Shown: positions 9,343 to 20,261 of the stretch, piece after piece
Position numbering within the stretch: the first letter of the stretch is position 1
Layout: each line of letters starts with the position of its first letter
DNA from: SAR202 cluster bacterium AC-409-J13_OGT_754m
GTDB taxonomy: Bacteria > Chloroflexota > Dehalococcoidia > Lucifugimonadales > GCA-2712585
NCBI GenBank assembly: GCA_009391235.1
Contig: VEXD01000003.1
Location: 17,631-81,630 of the forward strand
Direction: 5' to 3'
Length of the DNA: 64,000 bases
Program-made: the position numbers and the translations under genes
The notes under the pieces: generated by a model
Databases searched by the model: none
What the model was told of the DNA's origin: nothing
The model's input: only the letters and a program-made list of their open reading frames with translations

Positions 9343-10761
9343 ATGCCTATTCAATTTGGCACGGATGGATGGCGAGCCAAAATGGACGAGGATTTTAATG
9401 TGGATAACGTTGCGCTGTGTGCCAACGCCGTGGCTCAGTTCATCTTAAAACACCATGGGAGTGATAGCCCAATTTTAGTTGGATACGATACGCGGTTGAA
9501 TTCTTTAGCCTTCGCCCAAGTGGTAGCCAAGGTATTTTCTCAGTCGAATCTTTCAAGCCTTGTCAGTTCTGAGCCAGTGCCAACACCTGCTTTAGCCTAC
9601 AATATTTTGTCTAAAGGCGCGGTTGGGGGTGTGGTCATAACTGCCAGTCACAACCCACCGGATTGGAATGGCTTCAAATACAAACCGGAATACGGAGGAA
9701 GTGCATCACCAGAAATTATAGCTCAAATTGAAGCCAATATATCTGAGGTTCAATCTAAACCTCTTAATTGGGATCAAGGAACAGGCAAATTAGATTCAAA
9801 TTACATCTCATACTTTGATCCTAAAGCGGATTATTATGCGCATCTCGAAACTATTGTTGACTTGAATGCCATAAAAAGATCTGGGATTAATATTGCCGTT
9901 GACAATATGTACGGTGCAGGAAGGAATTACCTACCATCATTTTTATCTGAATCAGTTGGGAACATTATTTCCATTCGATCGCAAATTGACCCCTCTTTTC
10001 CTGGACTGATACAGCCAGAACCAATATCAGAAAACCTCGTTCCCTTATCAGAAGCGGTGATTGAGAATGGGCTTGATGTCGGAGTTGCATATGATGGAGA
10101 TGCGGACAGACTAGGAATAGTTGATGAAAATGGAGATTACATTGATAGTTTAAAAATATTCTCCCTACTCGCATTATACATGCTCGAAATACGGAATCTT
10201 AGAGGGGCTCTGATCAAATCTATCACATCCTCAGATATGTTATTCCGTCTTGGTAAGCTATATTCCAGTACAGTTTATGAAACCCCTGTAGGATTTAAAT
10301 ACATAGGACCAAAAATGCTGGAAACTAATGCGTTGATTGGAGGTGAAGAAAGTGGAGGATATGGTTTTCAGAACCATATACCAGAAAGAGATGGGATTTT
10401 AAGTAGCCTATACTTTTTATCTCTAATGAATGCCAAACAAATGTACCCATCTCAGTTAGTCGACTATTTAGAATCAATAGTAGGGCCTCACTATTACGGA
10501 AGGAAAGATATCAAGATCCATTCTAATGCTGTTTCTAAGGTCAAGGAGTGGATTAACCCCCAGAAACCTATCGCGAATATTGGCAGTCTTCAGGTGATTG
10601 CTTCGGACTTTATAGATGGCCGTAGATTGCGATTTCAATCGGGATGGGTTACTGTTCGTCTATCAGGTACTGAACCATTGATAAGGATTTATGCCGAATC
10701 CCCTGATACTGACAATATAGATTCAATCCTCAATAAAACAGTGGCATCTTTAAATATTTAA
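9343..10761 (+). CDS. Phosphoglucomutase/phosphomannomutase family protein
   Basis: FGTDGWR, TASHNP, DGDADR, GEESGG, RLSGTEP. Confidence 0.93.
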   Translation: MPIQFGTDGWRAKMDEDFNVDNVALCANAVAQFILKHHGSDSPILVGYDTRLNSLAFAQVVAKVFSQSNLSSLVSSEPVPTPALAYNILSKGAVGGVVITASHNPPDWNGFKYKPEYGGSASPEIIAQIEANISEVQSKPLNWDQGTGKLDSNYISYFDPKADYYAHLETIVDLNAIKRSGINIAVDNMYGAGRNYLPSFLSESVGNIISIRSQIDPSFPGLIQPEPISENLVPLSEAVIENGLDVGVAYDGDADRLGIVDENGDYIDSLKIFSLLALYMLEIRNLRGALIKSITSSDMLFRLGKLYSSTVYETPVGFKYIGPKMLETNALIGGEESGGYGFQNHIPERDGILSSLYFLSLMNAKQMYPSQLVDYLESIVGPHYYGRKDIKIHSNAVSKVKEWINPQKPIANIGSLQVIASDFIDGRRLRFQSGWVTVRLSGTEPLIRIYAESPDTDNIDSILNKTVASLNI

Positions 10762-10780
10762 ACTCTGGTGATAAAACTAA

Positions 10781-11857
10781 GTGAATGGATTAAGTGACCC
10801 AGCATACATTGCTAGGATTGATTCTCAAAAACTGAGATTGCGTCTTCAGGATTTTCCGGCTCAATGTGAGAAAGCATGGAAAATGGGATTAAGGATTTCT
10901 CTACCCGTTGATTATAGGAATGTGGAGAGAATAGTTGTGTTGGGGATGGGAGGGTCGGCTATTGCAGGAGACCTTCTTTCTGACTTCCTTCATAGAGTGG
11001 ATGGGCCTAGTATTGAGGTATTTCGCGATTATGGACTGCCGGGCAACCTCAACGAAAATACTCTTATAATAGCCTCAAGTTACTCCGGGAATACGGATGA
11101 GACCTTGTCAGGCTTTCGTGAAGCGCTACGCCAATCATGTAAAGTAATAGCAATCACATCAGGTGGCATCATGGGCGAAGAAGCTAAAAGGGCCCAAATT
11201 CCTTTATTTCAGATTGACTACACTGGTGAACCTAGGTCGGCATTAGGTTTTTCATTAATGCTTCCATTAGCAATTCTAAACCAATTACATTTGATCGAAG
11301 ACATAAACCCGGATATTTTAAAAACTACACACTTTCTAAATTCGCTGATCCAGAAAGAAATAGGCCTTAAAGTTCCCTCTTCCAGTAACCATGCAAAACA
11401 ACTAGCAACGGATTTGCAAGGGCGCTTCCCTATTTTTTACGCAGGTGACTACTTCCGTGGAGTTGCAAGAAGATGGAAAACGCAATTTAATGAAAATTCA
11501 AAGGTTTGGTCCTATTGGGAAGCGATACCCGAGGTACATCATAACGCCGTTATGGGGTATCAGATGCCAGACGCTATAAAGAAGTTGGCAACGATCGTTC
11601 TGTTGAGGCCTAGATTTCTCACTCCTAAGATGCGTCTACGCTACTCTATAACAGAAGAGCTGCTTTCCAGTTATGCCGTGGACTATCGCATTATCGATGG
11701 TAGAGGTGAAACAATTTTGGCCGAAATTCTCGCCACTACCCTTCTAGGTGACTACACCAGTTTTTATTTAGCAATACTACAGGGTGTTAATCCAGTAACA
11801 ACGGATGCGATTGATTTCATTAAGTCCACGTGGCAAGAAAGAAATCCAAGCTCTTAA
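10781..11857 (+). CDS. Bifunctional phosphoglucose/phosphomannose isomerase
   Basis: GMGGSAIAGD, SYSGNT.ET, RWKTQFNENSK, PE.HHN. Confidence 0.9.
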   Translation: MNGLSDPAYIARIDSQKLRLRLQDFPAQCEKAWKMGLRISLPVDYRNVERIVVLGMGGSAIAGDLLSDFLHRVDGPSIEVFRDYGLPGNLNENTLIIASSYSGNTDETLSGFREALRQSCKVIAITSGGIMGEEAKRAQIPLFQIDYTGEPRSALGFSLMLPLAILNQLHLIEDINPDILKTTHFLNSLIQKEIGLKVPSSSNHAKQLATDLQGRFPIFYAGDYFRGVARRWKTQFNENSKVWSYWEAIPEVHHNAVMGYQMPDAIKKLATIVLLRPRFLTPKMRLRYSITEELLSSYAVDYRIIDGRGETILAEILATTLLGDYTSFYLAILQGVNPVTTDAIDFIKSTWQERNPSS

Positions 11858-12264
11858 CGCTTGGTATATTGAGGAGCTCTCCTAGCACGTTTAAGTCCGT
11901 ATTTCTTCCTTTCCTTAATGCGAGCATCTCTAGTGGTTAACCCAAACTTCTTTAATTGTGGTTTAAGCTCCTCATCAAAGACTATTAAAGCCCTCGCGAT
12001 TCCATGTGCTATGGCCTGCGATTGAGAGGATACGCCTCCACCTTTAACTTGAGCAACCACATGAAATTTACCTAGACATCCTGTTACCTCTAGCGGCTTT
12101 TTAATAACAGCTTGCCAAATGAACCAGAAGAAGGCCTCTGCCATAGGTTTATCATTTACCCTAATCAGGTCGCCTTGCCCTGGATAAAGTCTAACTCTTG
12201 CAATTGATGTTTTCCGCTTCCCGGTGCCATAAAAATATTCTCTAACTTTTGTATCCTGAACCAC
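11854..12264 (-). CDS. rpsI: 30S ribosomal protein S9
   Basis: GTGKRKTSIARV, ERKKYGLKRARRAPQYTKR. Confidence 0.97.
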   Translation of the reverse strand: MVQDTKVREYFYGTGKRKTSIARVRLYPGQGDLIRVNDKPMAEAFFWFIWQAVIKKPLEVTGCLGKFHVVAQVKGGGVSSQSQAIAHGIARALIVFDEELKPQLKKFGLTTRDARIKERKKYGLKRARRAPQYTKR

Positions 12265-12275
12265 GAGTTATCTGA

Positions 12276-12716
12276 TTACCTCTCTTTATTGTCTAGGGAA
12301 TTTAACGTTCCATGAGGATGATGTTCTCCTGCATAGATCTTCAGCCGTCTGAGTAAATGTCTACCCTTTACGTTTGACGGCAACATTCCCTTCACCGCCA
12401 ATTGTATCACTCTCTCTGGATGTAGTTGAAGCATATCTTTTAGAAGGATACTTTTCAGGTTACCAGTATAACCGCTATGTCGATAATAAATGTTTTGGTC
12501 CATTTTTCTACCGGTCACTTTTACTTTACTAGCATTAATCACAACAACATGATGGTTGGGAAAAACGTGCGGAGTATACGTTGGTTTGTCCTTTCCCTGT
12601 AGCATAAAAGCTATTTTACTAGCTAATCTTCCTAGAATTTCGCCATTGGCATCAACTAACAACCAATTCTGATCTTGTTCTTCGTATTTAGCCAGGTATG
12701 TCTTGGGTCTTTTCAT
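12276..12716 (-). CDS. rplM: 50S ribosomal protein L13
   Basis: LGRLAS, YYRHSGYTG, AVKGMLP. Confidence 0.97.
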   Translation of the reverse strand: MKRPKTYLAKYEEQDQNWLLVDANGEILGRLASKIAFMLQGKDKPTYTPHVFPNHHVVVINASKVKVTGRKMDQNIYYRHSGYTGNLKSILLKDMLQLHPERVIQLAVKGMLPSNVKGRHLLRRLKIYAGEHHPHGTLNSLDNKER

Positions 12717-12729
12717 TATCTTTGTTTAC

Positions 12730-13503
12730 CTATGATATCTGATCTTTGTATCTAATTTCCATTAAGCAAAGGCCTTTCGCCGGCAACGAAGGAAAAGACC
12801 TGTGTCCGATTATACTACCTTCCAACAGCTCCTGTATTGTTTTAGGACTGATATAATTTTTGCCTATTTCTACCAATACTCCATTTGTTCTTCTTATTTG
12901 ATGTGGAAGGAATGCGTTTGCTTCCGATTCTATCACTATTACTTCCCCTTCCTTCCATATATCCCATCTTTCTACTTTCCTACAAGTGGACTTGCCTTCG
13001 GGAACTTGTCCGCACAGTAACTTAAAGTCATGCGTCCCGACCAAAGATTTGGCTGCCTTCCTCATGTTTTGCAAGTCAAGTTCTTGTTTGATCCAAGCCG
13101 TACGATTATACAATATAGGTGAGGGGTTTTCACGATTTAAAATACTATATCTATATGTTCTAGCAATGGCATCTCCTCTAGAATCGAATTCTAGTGGCAT
13201 ATCATAGGTTGTTTGGATTTTGATATCCCATGGCAGGTAATAATTAAGAGCATCTGTCCAAACTTTGGCTTCATGCCCGATGTCAGTTACAAATTCGATT
13301 ACTTGCGCCAGTGCGTGTGCCCCTGAATCCGTTCTACTTGCTCCCTTAATGCGAACTTTGACACCACATACTTTCGCCAAAGCCATTTCAATTTGGTCTT
13401 GAATGGTTGGAGCATTGGACTGATATTGGAAACCACAATAATTACTACCGTCGTATTCCAAAACCATAGCTAACTTTCTTAGTGACGCGTTCTCTTGTTT
13501 CAA
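12730..13503 (-). CDS. truA: tRNA pseudouridine(38-40) synthase
   Basis: EYDG.NY.GFQ, ASRTDSGAHA, PAKGL.L. Confidence 0.93.
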   Translation of the reverse strand: MKQENASLRKLAMVLEYDGSNYCGFQYQSNAPTIQDQIEMALAKVCGVKVRIKGASRTDSGAHALAQVIEFVTDIGHEAKVWTDALNYYLPWDIKIQTTYDMPLEFDSRGDAIARTYRYSILNRENPSPILYNRTAWIKQELDLQNMRKAAKSLVGTHDFKLLCGQVPEGKSTCRKVERWDIWKEGEVIVIESEANAFLPHQIRRTNGVLVEIGKNYISPKTIQELLEGSIIGHRSFPSLPAKGLCLMEIRYKDQIS

Positions 13504-13515
13504 TGAGCAGATTCT

Positions 13516-13866
13516 CTATACTAATTCCAATTGGGCCAACGGAGCAGCATCTCCTTTTCGTGATGCCAATCTAATGACTCTAGTATATCCGCCAGCTCGT
13601 TCAAGATAACGAGGACCAAGCACATCGAAAACCTTTCCCACCACGCGTGAATTAGAAATTTCCGACAACGCCAATCTCCTATGATGCAGAGTGCCCTTTT
13701 TTCCGAAAGTAATCATTTTTTCACAAAGAATTCGGGCCTCTTTGGCTCTAGTCACTGTAGTAACCAACTTTTCATGAATAATCAAGCTGGTTACCAAAGA
13801 ACGTAGCAAAGCCACTCTTTCGCCTGTTGGTCTTCCAAGTTTTCTACCGGCTACCCGATGTCTCAC
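13516..13866 (-). CDS. rplQ: 50S ribosomal protein L17
   Basis: (M)RHRVAGRKLGR, GGYTRVI; GTG start at 13866. Confidence 0.95.
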   Translation of the reverse strand: MRHRVAGRKLGRPTGERVALLRSLVTSLIIHEKLVTTVTRAKEARILCEKMITFGKKGTLHHRRLALSEISNSRVVGKVFDVLGPRYLERAGGYTRVIRLASRKGDAAPLAQLELV

Positions 13867-13873
13867 AATCTGT

Positions 13874-14911
13874 TCACTCCTCTCCTTCAGTCTCTGCCAC
13901 ATCAGAGTTATCTCCGTCGACCGAAACCTCCTCTACGGAGGACTGGGTGCGGCTATAGCCGAATGATTCAAGCTTCTCATTCAACTCGGTTAGAGATTTA
14001 ACTCCAAAATTTCGTATGCTAAATAATTCTTCATCGGTTTTTTCCAATACATCTCCAAGTTTATTGAGTTTAGCCCTCTTCAAAGCATTAAGGGTTCTTG
14101 GAGAAAGATCTAGTTTTTCCACAACCGTTTGATATATTTCTGGTGGTATATCTCGGGTATTTATTCCCCCTGCTACATTCTCATCACTTTCTTTGCCCAG
14201 ATTATTGAACATGAAAAAGTGGTTGACTAAAATTTCAGCTGAAGATTTCAAAACGTCCGAAGGAGATACGGTTCCATCAGTCCAAACTTCTAAAACCAAT
14301 CTCTCAAAATCAGTGAATTGCCCCACTCGGGTCTTTTCAATCGAATAATTAACCTTCCTGACAGGATTAAATATTGCGTCCATAGGAAGAACGCCCCGTG
14401 GGAGGTCGTCACTTTGATTTGCTGGTCTATATCCCTTCCCTGTTTCTACATTCATCTCAATCGACAGCTTCGACTTCTTAAGATCCAAGGATGCAATATG
14501 CTGTTCGGGATTCACTATTTCGAAATCAGAAGAGGTCGCTACGTCTCCAGCGCATGCGATTCCCTGTCCGCTCATCTCCAATCGCATCTTCCCAGGTCTA
14601 CCTGTCACCGATCTAATCCGTATTAATCCTAGGTTATGAAGAACGCCCATTACCTCTTCAGTAACATGTGGTATGGTTGCATATTCATGTAGAACGCCGT
14701 CTATCTTAACCCAAGTAATTGCGGCACCGAATACAGAACTCAGTAGAATGCGGCGGAGTGGGTTCGCCAACGTTATCGCATGTCCCCGCTCTAAAGGTTC
14801 TATATAGAATTTACCGTAATCATCTTCGGTTTCGACTACCTCAATAGACGGACTAACCGGCTCCTCTTCAAAAACTGGAGCTTCCTCTGTAAAACTGGCT
14901 ATATCAAGCAT
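13874..14911 (-). CDS. rpoA: RNA polymerase alpha subunit
   Basis: EPLERG...TLANPLRR, IDGVLHEY, RNFG.KSL; start set to ATG 14911. Confidence 0.96.
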   Translation of the reverse strand: MLDIASFTEEAPVFEEEPVSPSIEVVETEDDYGKFYIEPLERGHAITLANPLRRILLSSVFGAAITWVKIDGVLHEYATIPHVTEEVMGVLHNLGLIRIRSVTGRPGKMRLEMSGQGIACAGDVATSSDFEIVNPEQHIASLDLKKSKLSIEMNVETGKGYRPANQSDDLPRGVLPMDAIFNPVRKVNYSIEKTRVGQFTDFERLVLEVWTDGTVSPSDVLKSSAEILVNHFFMFNNLGKESDENVAGGINTRDIPPEIYQTVVEKLDLSPRTLNALKRAKLNKLGDVLEKTDEELFSIRNFGVKSLTELNEKLESFGYSRTQSSVEEVSVDGDNSDVAETEGEE

Positions 14912-14918
14912 TATTAAG

Positions 14919-15551
14919 CTACCTCTTGGAATAGAATTCCACAATTAAACGAGTATCAAATGGCGATTCGAGCTCTTCATCTGCAGGATGACGAATAACC
15001 GTTCCCTGAAGGGTTTTCGTGTCTAACTGGAGCCACTCTGGCACCGGCTTTTTGGGCAAATCTTTTACTAAAGTTTGTACGTACTCGGAATTAACCCGAG
15101 ATTCCTTCCAGCGGACGATGTCTCCAGCCTTAACTTGATAAGAGGGAATATTTGTCTTACGTCCATTAAGTAGGAAATGCCCGTGATTGACTAGCTGTCT
15201 AGCCTGGCTGTGTGAGTCGGCAAAGCCCAGTCTGCAAATTACGTTATCCAATCTTGTTTCCAATTGCAAAATAAGATGTTCCCCGGTAGAACTATCGCTT
15301 TTAAATGCCGCTTTAATATATTTACTGAATTGCGATTCCATAAGTCCATAGGTAAATCGAGCCTTTTGCTTTTCTCGAAGTTGTAACCCATAGTCGGAAA
15401 CACGCCTGAACCGTCTGGTGGACTTGTCACCAGGAGCCACGCGCCTTCTATCCACGGCGCACTTAGGCGTATAGCAACGTTCACCTTTAAGGAATAACTT
15501 TTCACCTACCGCTCTACATCTTCTACATACTGGACCTATATATCTACCCAA
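14919..15551 (-). CDS. rpsD: 30S ribosomal protein S4 (Zn-binding type)
   Basis: RYIGPVCRRCR, QLREKQK, LETRLDNV, IVEFYS. Confidence 0.97.
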   Translation of the reverse strand: MGRYIGPVCRRCRAVGEKLFLKGERCYTPKCAVDRRRVAPGDKSTRRFRRVSDYGLQLREKQKARFTYGLMESQFSKYIKAAFKSDSSTGEHLILQLETRLDNVICRLGFADSHSQARQLVNHGHFLLNGRKTNIPSYQVKAGDIVRWKESRVNSEYVQTLVKDLPKKPVPEWLQLDTKTLQGTVIRHPADEELESPFDTRLIVEFYSKR

Positions 15552-15564
15552 TTGAAAGCTCCTC

Positions 15565-15948
15565 TTATACCCTACGTCTTTTTGGTGGTCGACATCCGTT
15601 GTGCGGTATCGGCGTTAAATCACGAATACTCGAAATAAATAAACCGGCTCCCTGCAAAGATCTAATGGCTGATTCTCTACCCGGACCTGGCCCGCGTATT
15701 ATGACATCAACCTGTCTTAATCCTTGGTCCATTGCCTTTTTAGAGACCTGTTCCGTGGCCTTTTGAGCTGCAAAAGCTGTGCCTTTTCGAGAGCCTTTGA
15801 AGCCAGAGGTTCCAGCACTAGCCCATGCAATAACATTACCCTCTACGTCTGTTAGTGTTACTTGGGTATTATTGAACGTGGCATGCACATAAGCCCGCCC
15901 CTTAGGGAAAACCTTTTTCTCGCGTTTTCTAGTTCTTTGTCTCGCCAT
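15565..15948 (-). CDS. rpsK: 30S ribosomal protein S11
   Basis: [26 protein letters not shown]. Confidence 0.97.
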   Translation of the reverse strand: MARQRTRKREKKVFPKGRAYVHATFNNTQVTLTDVEGNVIAWASAGTSGFKGSRKGTAFAAQKATEQVSKKAMDQGLRQVDVIIRGPGPGRESAIRSLQGAGLFISSIRDLTPIPHNGCRPPKRRRV

Positions 15949-15963
15949 TAAAAAATCTTACTC

Positions 15964-16356
15964 CTATTTTTTCATACCGGTGCGCTTGCCGCGCCCTGCT
16001 ACTGTCTTACGAGGGCCCTTTCTGGTTCTCGCATTAGTTTTAGTACGCTGTCCCCTAACAGGCAATCCACGACGATGCCGTAGTCCTCTATATGACCCAA
16101 TTTCTATAAGGCGTCGGATGTCCATGCCGACCTCACGTCGTAGGTCACCCTCCACTCTATATTCTTTATCCACTATTTCCCGGATAAGATTAAATTGTTC
16201 CTCTGTTAATTCAGAGATTTTCGGCAGAGGGTCATCTAGGATACCAACTTGAAAAATAATCTTCTTTGCCACTGAAGGTCCAATGCCAAATATTCTGGTC
16301 AAACCCACGTCTACTCTTTTGTTATCCGGAATATCAACCCCAAGAAGTCGAACCAT
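15964..16356 (-). CDS. rpsM: 30S ribosomal protein S13
   Basis: [24 protein letters not shown]. Confidence 0.97.
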   Translation of the reverse strand: MVRLLGVDIPDNKRVDVGLTRIFGIGPSVAKKIIFQVGILDDPLPKISELTEEQFNLIREIVDKEYRVEGDLRREVGMDIRRLIEIGSYRGLRHRRGLPVRGQRTKTNARTRKGPRKTVAGRGKRTGMKK

Positions 16357-16365
16357 ATTACTAAC

Positions 16366-16479
16366 CTAACCTTGTCTTTGTATATGTTTTGGATTCGAGC
16401 AAATAACGCGTAACACCCCGTGTCTCTTAATTATACGACACTTATCACATCTAGTTTTTATTGAAGCACTAACTTTCAT
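16366..16479 (-). CDS. rpmJ: 50S ribosomal protein L36 (absent from ORF track)
   Basis: Hand translation [37 protein letters not shown], between infA and rpsM. Confidence 0.96.
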   Translation of the reverse strand: MKVSASIKTRCDKCRIIKRHGVLRVICSNPKHIQRQG

Positions 16480-16488
16480 TTTATATTC

Positions 16489-16707
16489 TCATTTAAACCT
16501 ATAAGTTATACGACCCTGCGTTAAATCATAAGGAGACAATTCCACTAAAACTCGGTCTCCTGTAAGAATCCGAATAAAGTGAAGACGGATTTTACCAGAA
16601 ACATGGGCCAAAACGCGATGTTTATTAGCCAATTCTACCCTAAACATCCCATTAGGCAGTTTTTCGGTTATTACCCCTTCAACTTCTATTGCCTCTTCTT
16701 TAGCCAT
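16489..16707 (-). CDS. infA: Translation initiation factor IF-1
   Basis: [30 protein letters not shown]. Confidence 0.97.
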   Translation of the reverse strand: MAKEEAIEVEGVITEKLPNGMFRVELANKHRVLAHVSGKIRLHFIRILTGDRVLVELSPYDLTQGRITYRFK

Positions 16708-17524
16708 GAACGTAAGCCCCATTTAAAGAGGTCAATATTTCGGGTCCCTCTTGGCTAATTAGAATGGTATGCTCAAAGTGAGCAGACAAACTTCCATCCT
16801 TAGTAACTACAGTCCACTGATCATCCAATAGTCTGGTTTGCCAACCTCCTATATTAACCATAGGCTCGATAGCTATGGCCATGCCATTCGCCAGTTTAGC
16901 ACCTCGTCCACCTGGCCCATAGTTGGGTACAGCAGGTTCTTCGTGTAGGAATCGCCCAACTCCATGTCCTACGTATTCTCTGACCAACCCATATCCTTTA
17001 GGGGAAACATATTCTTCAATCGCCGCCCCAATGTCTCCGGTTCGTACACCGGGCAACGCTGCTAAGATTCCCATTTTCAAGGCAGTAGCTGTAACATCTA
17101 TAAGCTTCATCGCGTCATCCGAAATCTCGCCAATGCCTATCGTTACCGCAGAATCTCCAATAAATCCGTCAACAGTAGCCCCAACATCAACCTTTAGCAG
17201 ATCTCCATTACGTAGGACTCGGGAACCAGGAATTCCGTGCACAATTTCATTGCCGACGGACGTGCAAATGCTGCCTGGAAACCCCCTGTATCCTTTAAAT
17301 GTAGGCGTCCCACCCAACCGAATTATTTCTTTTTCGGCCATCTGATCTAAATATCTGGTTGTGACACCCGGGCGCGAGAGTTCTTTCAGCAGTTCGATTG
17401 TCTTAGCCACAACTTTTCCAGCTTTCCGCATGGCAACTATTTCGTGGGCGGACTTAATTGTAATCCCCGGGTTATATTCCGGTGAAGAATTAGATGCCGT
17501 TTGTAAGATTAAATTTTTGTTCAT
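16700..17524 (-). CDS. map: Methionine aminopeptidase type I
   Basis: HGIPG, DVG...GFIGDSA, GHGVG..LHEEP, SAHFEHT. Confidence 0.95.
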   Translation of the reverse strand: MNKNLILQTASNSSPEYNPGITIKSAHEIVAMRKAGKVVAKTIELLKELSRPGVTTRYLDQMAEKEIIRLGGTPTFKGYRGFPGSICTSVGNEIVHGIPGSRVLRNGDLLKVDVGATVDGFIGDSAVTIGIGEISDDAMKLIDVTATALKMGILAALPGVRTGDIGAAIEEYVSPKGYGLVREYVGHGVGRFLHEEPAVPNYGPGGRGAKLANGMAIAIEPMVNIGGWQTRLLDDQWTVVTKDGSLSAHFEHTILISQEGPEILTSLNGAYVHG

Positions 17525-17608
17525 AACTAATCTATTTTACGCGAATTTTTCCTAATTTAGAAGCAGTGAGGACAAATGTTTGTTGCTTTCTCATCAACCT
17601 TATACATA

Positions 17609-18265
17609 TCAGCATGAATTACTCACCCTGTAGGCTACTTCACCTACTGCGCCAACACCATCAATTTGCCTAAGGCACCCCAACGAGTCGTAATAATCAA
17701 TTATAGGCCTGGTTTCCGAATAATAGACTTCCAGTCTAGTATTTACTGCTATCGACATATCGTCCTCCCTTTGATAAAGAGGACTATCACAATGATTACA
17801 AAGGCCAGATCGTCCTGGGGGAGACGACATCAGATGATAATTAGCCTGGCATTTCGTGCAAAGGCGTCGCCCGGTGAGTCGTTTCAATAGTTCATCTCTA
17901 GGAACCGCCAAAAGTACGGCACAATCAATATTAGTTTCTATATCTTTCAATGCCTGATGAAGGCTCTCTACCTGAACCATATTCCTGGGAAATCCGTCCA
18001 ATATAAATCCATCTTTACTTGGTTCAGACAAAACCTCCTCCAAAACCATAGCTATAGTGATTTCGTCCGGAACAAGATTTCCCAAACTAATATAACCTTG
18101 CGCCTTTACACCAAGGTCTGTACCACGTGTTTGGTTTCGTCTAAAAAGTTCACCAGAAGCAATATGCTTTAAACCCAATGCTTGCACCAGCATTTTTGCT
18201 TGTGTGCCTTTCCCAACCCCCGGAGGTCCCAACATCACTATCCGCTTACATTCTTGGATTTTCAA
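17609..18265 (-). CDS. adk: Adenylate kinase (Zn-lid type)
   Basis: GPPGVGKGTQA, LDGFPR, CxxC...CxxC lid, QREDD. Confidence 0.95.
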   Translation of the reverse strand: MKIQECKRIVMLGPPGVGKGTQAKMLVQALGLKHIASGELFRRNQTRGTDLGVKAQGYISLGNLVPDEITIAMVLEEVLSEPSKDGFILDGFPRNMVQVESLHQALKDIETNIDCAVLLAVPRDELLKRLTGRRLCTKCQANYHLMSSPPGRSGLCNHCDSPLYQREDDMSIAVNTRLEVYYSETRPIIDYYDSLGCLRQIDGVGAVGEVAYRVSNSC

Positions 18266-19584
18266 TTGAGAAAACCCTCGTAGTTCCTCATTTGGAGCTG
18301 CCCTTCCAGTTGCCGCAAAGTATCAAGAGCAACCGAAACCAAAATCAACAAGCCTGTACTACTCAACTGCAAAGCCTGTATATCTGTCAGCGTTGAAGCT
18401 AAAAATGGCGTTATCGCTATAAAGCCAAGAAAAAGAGCTCCTCCAACCGTGATTCTCAGAATTACTCGGTTTAAATACTCCTGAGTTGGTTTACCCGGGC
18501 GAATGCCTGTAACAAAGCCACCACTTTTCTGAAGGTTTTCCGCTAAGTTTTGTTGTTGAAAAATCACTATAGTGTAGAAAAAAGTGAACATGATGGTAAG
18601 AATAAAATAAAGAATCCAATAAATTGCATTTGCAGGGCTAAAGGCAGTTGCGAAAAATCCAGCAAGGTCACCCAAAACCCCTCCACTATCAGCCAAAAAG
18701 GTTGCTACCGTACCTGGTAGTATGACAACCGACCCTGCGAATATGAGAGGAATCACACCAGCCGAGTTTACTCTAATTGGCAAATAGGAACTTCCTTGTT
18801 GCCTATACATCCTCCCAGATCTGAAAATGCTTTTACCATATTGCACTGGCAATCTACGATGAGCTTCATTAAAAACAACTATCAGGGCTATTATCAAAAG
18901 GCTTATAATCGCAAAAGTGAATATGCCGACTAAATTATCGCCACCCAGAAAACCCCGTTGTATTAAGTTAGGAAATCCAGAAACAATACCTGCGAAAATG
19001 ATTAGTGAAATACCATTCCCTATTCCACGTTCGGTTATCAATTCGCCAATCCATACCAAAAACATTACTCCCGCAGTCATTGAAAGAACAGCCGCTACAG
19101 TTGGTAGGAAATTTTCACCTGAGAAACCAATGTGTTCTAAGACCCCTGTATTACGTAGTAACAATAATTGACCATACCCCTGTGCCATAGCTATAGGAAC
19201 TGTTGCCCAATGAATAATACGATTAATTGTCTGCCTACCGTGGTCCCCTTCTTTTGCAATTTGCTGCAATCTAGGAACAACTGGCGTTAACAATTGCATA
19301 ACTATAGAGGAGGTGATATACGGAAATACTCCAAGAGCAGCAATGCTCATATTGCGCAATGCCCCTCCGCTAAATAGATCTAGAAACCCGAGTAGTTGGA
19401 CACGTTCAAAAAGATTATCCAACGCGACTTGATCTACACCTGGAATTGGCACCTGAGCTACTAAACGAAAAACGCCTAACATCAGAAAAGTAAAGATGAT
19501 TCTAGCACGCAGGTCAGGCACTCTCAGCGCATCTAGCGCTGCCTGCAGAAGTCTTGGCCTGCCGTCTACCTCCGAGGCCATCAT
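18262..19584 (-). CDS. secY: Preprotein translocase SecY
   Basis: PYITSSIVMQLL, GIGNGISLIIF, GIRPG, multiple TM segments. Confidence 0.97.
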   Translation of the reverse strand: MMASEVDGRPRLLQAALDALRVPDLRARIIFTFLMLGVFRLVAQVPIPGVDQVALDNLFERVQLLGFLDLFSGGALRNMSIAALGVFPYITSSIVMQLLTPVVPRLQQIAKEGDHGRQTINRIIHWATVPIAMAQGYGQLLLLRNTGVLEHIGFSGENFLPTVAAVLSMTAGVMFLVWIGELITERGIGNGISLIIFAGIVSGFPNLIQRGFLGGDNLVGIFTFAIISLLIIALIVVFNEAHRRLPVQYGKSIFRSGRMYRQQGSSYLPIRVNSAGVIPLIFAGSVVILPGTVATFLADSGGVLGDLAGFFATAFSPANAIYWILYFILTIMFTFFYTIVIFQQQNLAENLQKSGGFVTGIRPGKPTQEYLNRVILRITVGGALFLGFIAITPFLASTLTDIQALQLSSTGLLILVSVALDTLRQLEGQLQMRNYEGFLN

Positions 19585-20030
19585 GATCCAATAACCTCCG
19601 TTGTTCCTCCGGCCTTTTCTATTGCTTCACGCGCTGAAGTTGTAAATTTAGTAGCAGATACGGTAATTGCTTTAGATATCTCATCTCCGCCCAATATCTT
19701 AACGGGGTATTTAAGATTGGGGAGTAACCCCTTATCTAACATTTCGACTGGCCCAACCTGTTGACCGGTATCAAATATTTCTAATGAAGTTAATTTGATA
19801 AGATGGTATCGAGTTTTAAATATATTCGTGAATCCACGCTTCTCTGGCAACCGCTTTATAAGCGGCAATTGACCACCCTCAAAGCCAGGTCTAGGTGGTT
19901 TACCAGAACGGGATTTTTGGCCCTTTAGTCCTCGGCCCGCGTATGTACCTTGGCCCGCACTATTTCCTCTTCCAATTCTCTTGCGAGTGCGACGTACTCC
20001 TTTGCCTGGCCTAATTTCATGTTCCATCAT
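19581..20030 (-). CDS. rplO: 50S ribosomal protein L15
   Basis: GRG.KGQKSRSG, GFEGGQLPL. Confidence 0.96.
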   Translation of the reverse strand: MMEHEIRPGKGVRRTRKRIGRGNSAGQGTYAGRGLKGQKSRSGKPPRPGFEGGQLPLIKRLPEKRGFTNIFKTRYHLIKLTSLEIFDTGQQVGPVEMLDKGLLPNLKYPVKILGGDEISKAITVSATKFTTSAREAIEKAGGTTEVIGS

Positions 20031-20254
20031 GATTTATTGTTCTTTCGCTCCACGTTTTTTGGGGATCCTTCCTCAGGGATTTCCTCAACCTCAAGCATGT
20101 GTATCACTTTATTAACCATGCCTCTTATGGTTGGACTGTCATAATGCACCACACTTCTGTTTAAACGAGTTAGCCCCAAAGAGCGAATAATTCGTGATTG
20201 GTTCTTCGCTCTTCCAATAGCGCTTCTCTTCCAAGTTATTTTAAGGGTAGACAT
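20027..20254 (-). CDS. rpmD: 50S ribosomal protein L30
   Basis: LKIT..RSAIG, LGL, PTIRGMV; position in spc operon. Confidence 0.93.
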   Translation of the reverse strand: MSTLKITWKRSAIGRAKNQSRIIRSLGLTRLNRSVVHYDSPTIRGMVNKVIHMLEVEEIPEEGSPKNVERKNNKS

Positions 20255-20261
20255 AGTAGAT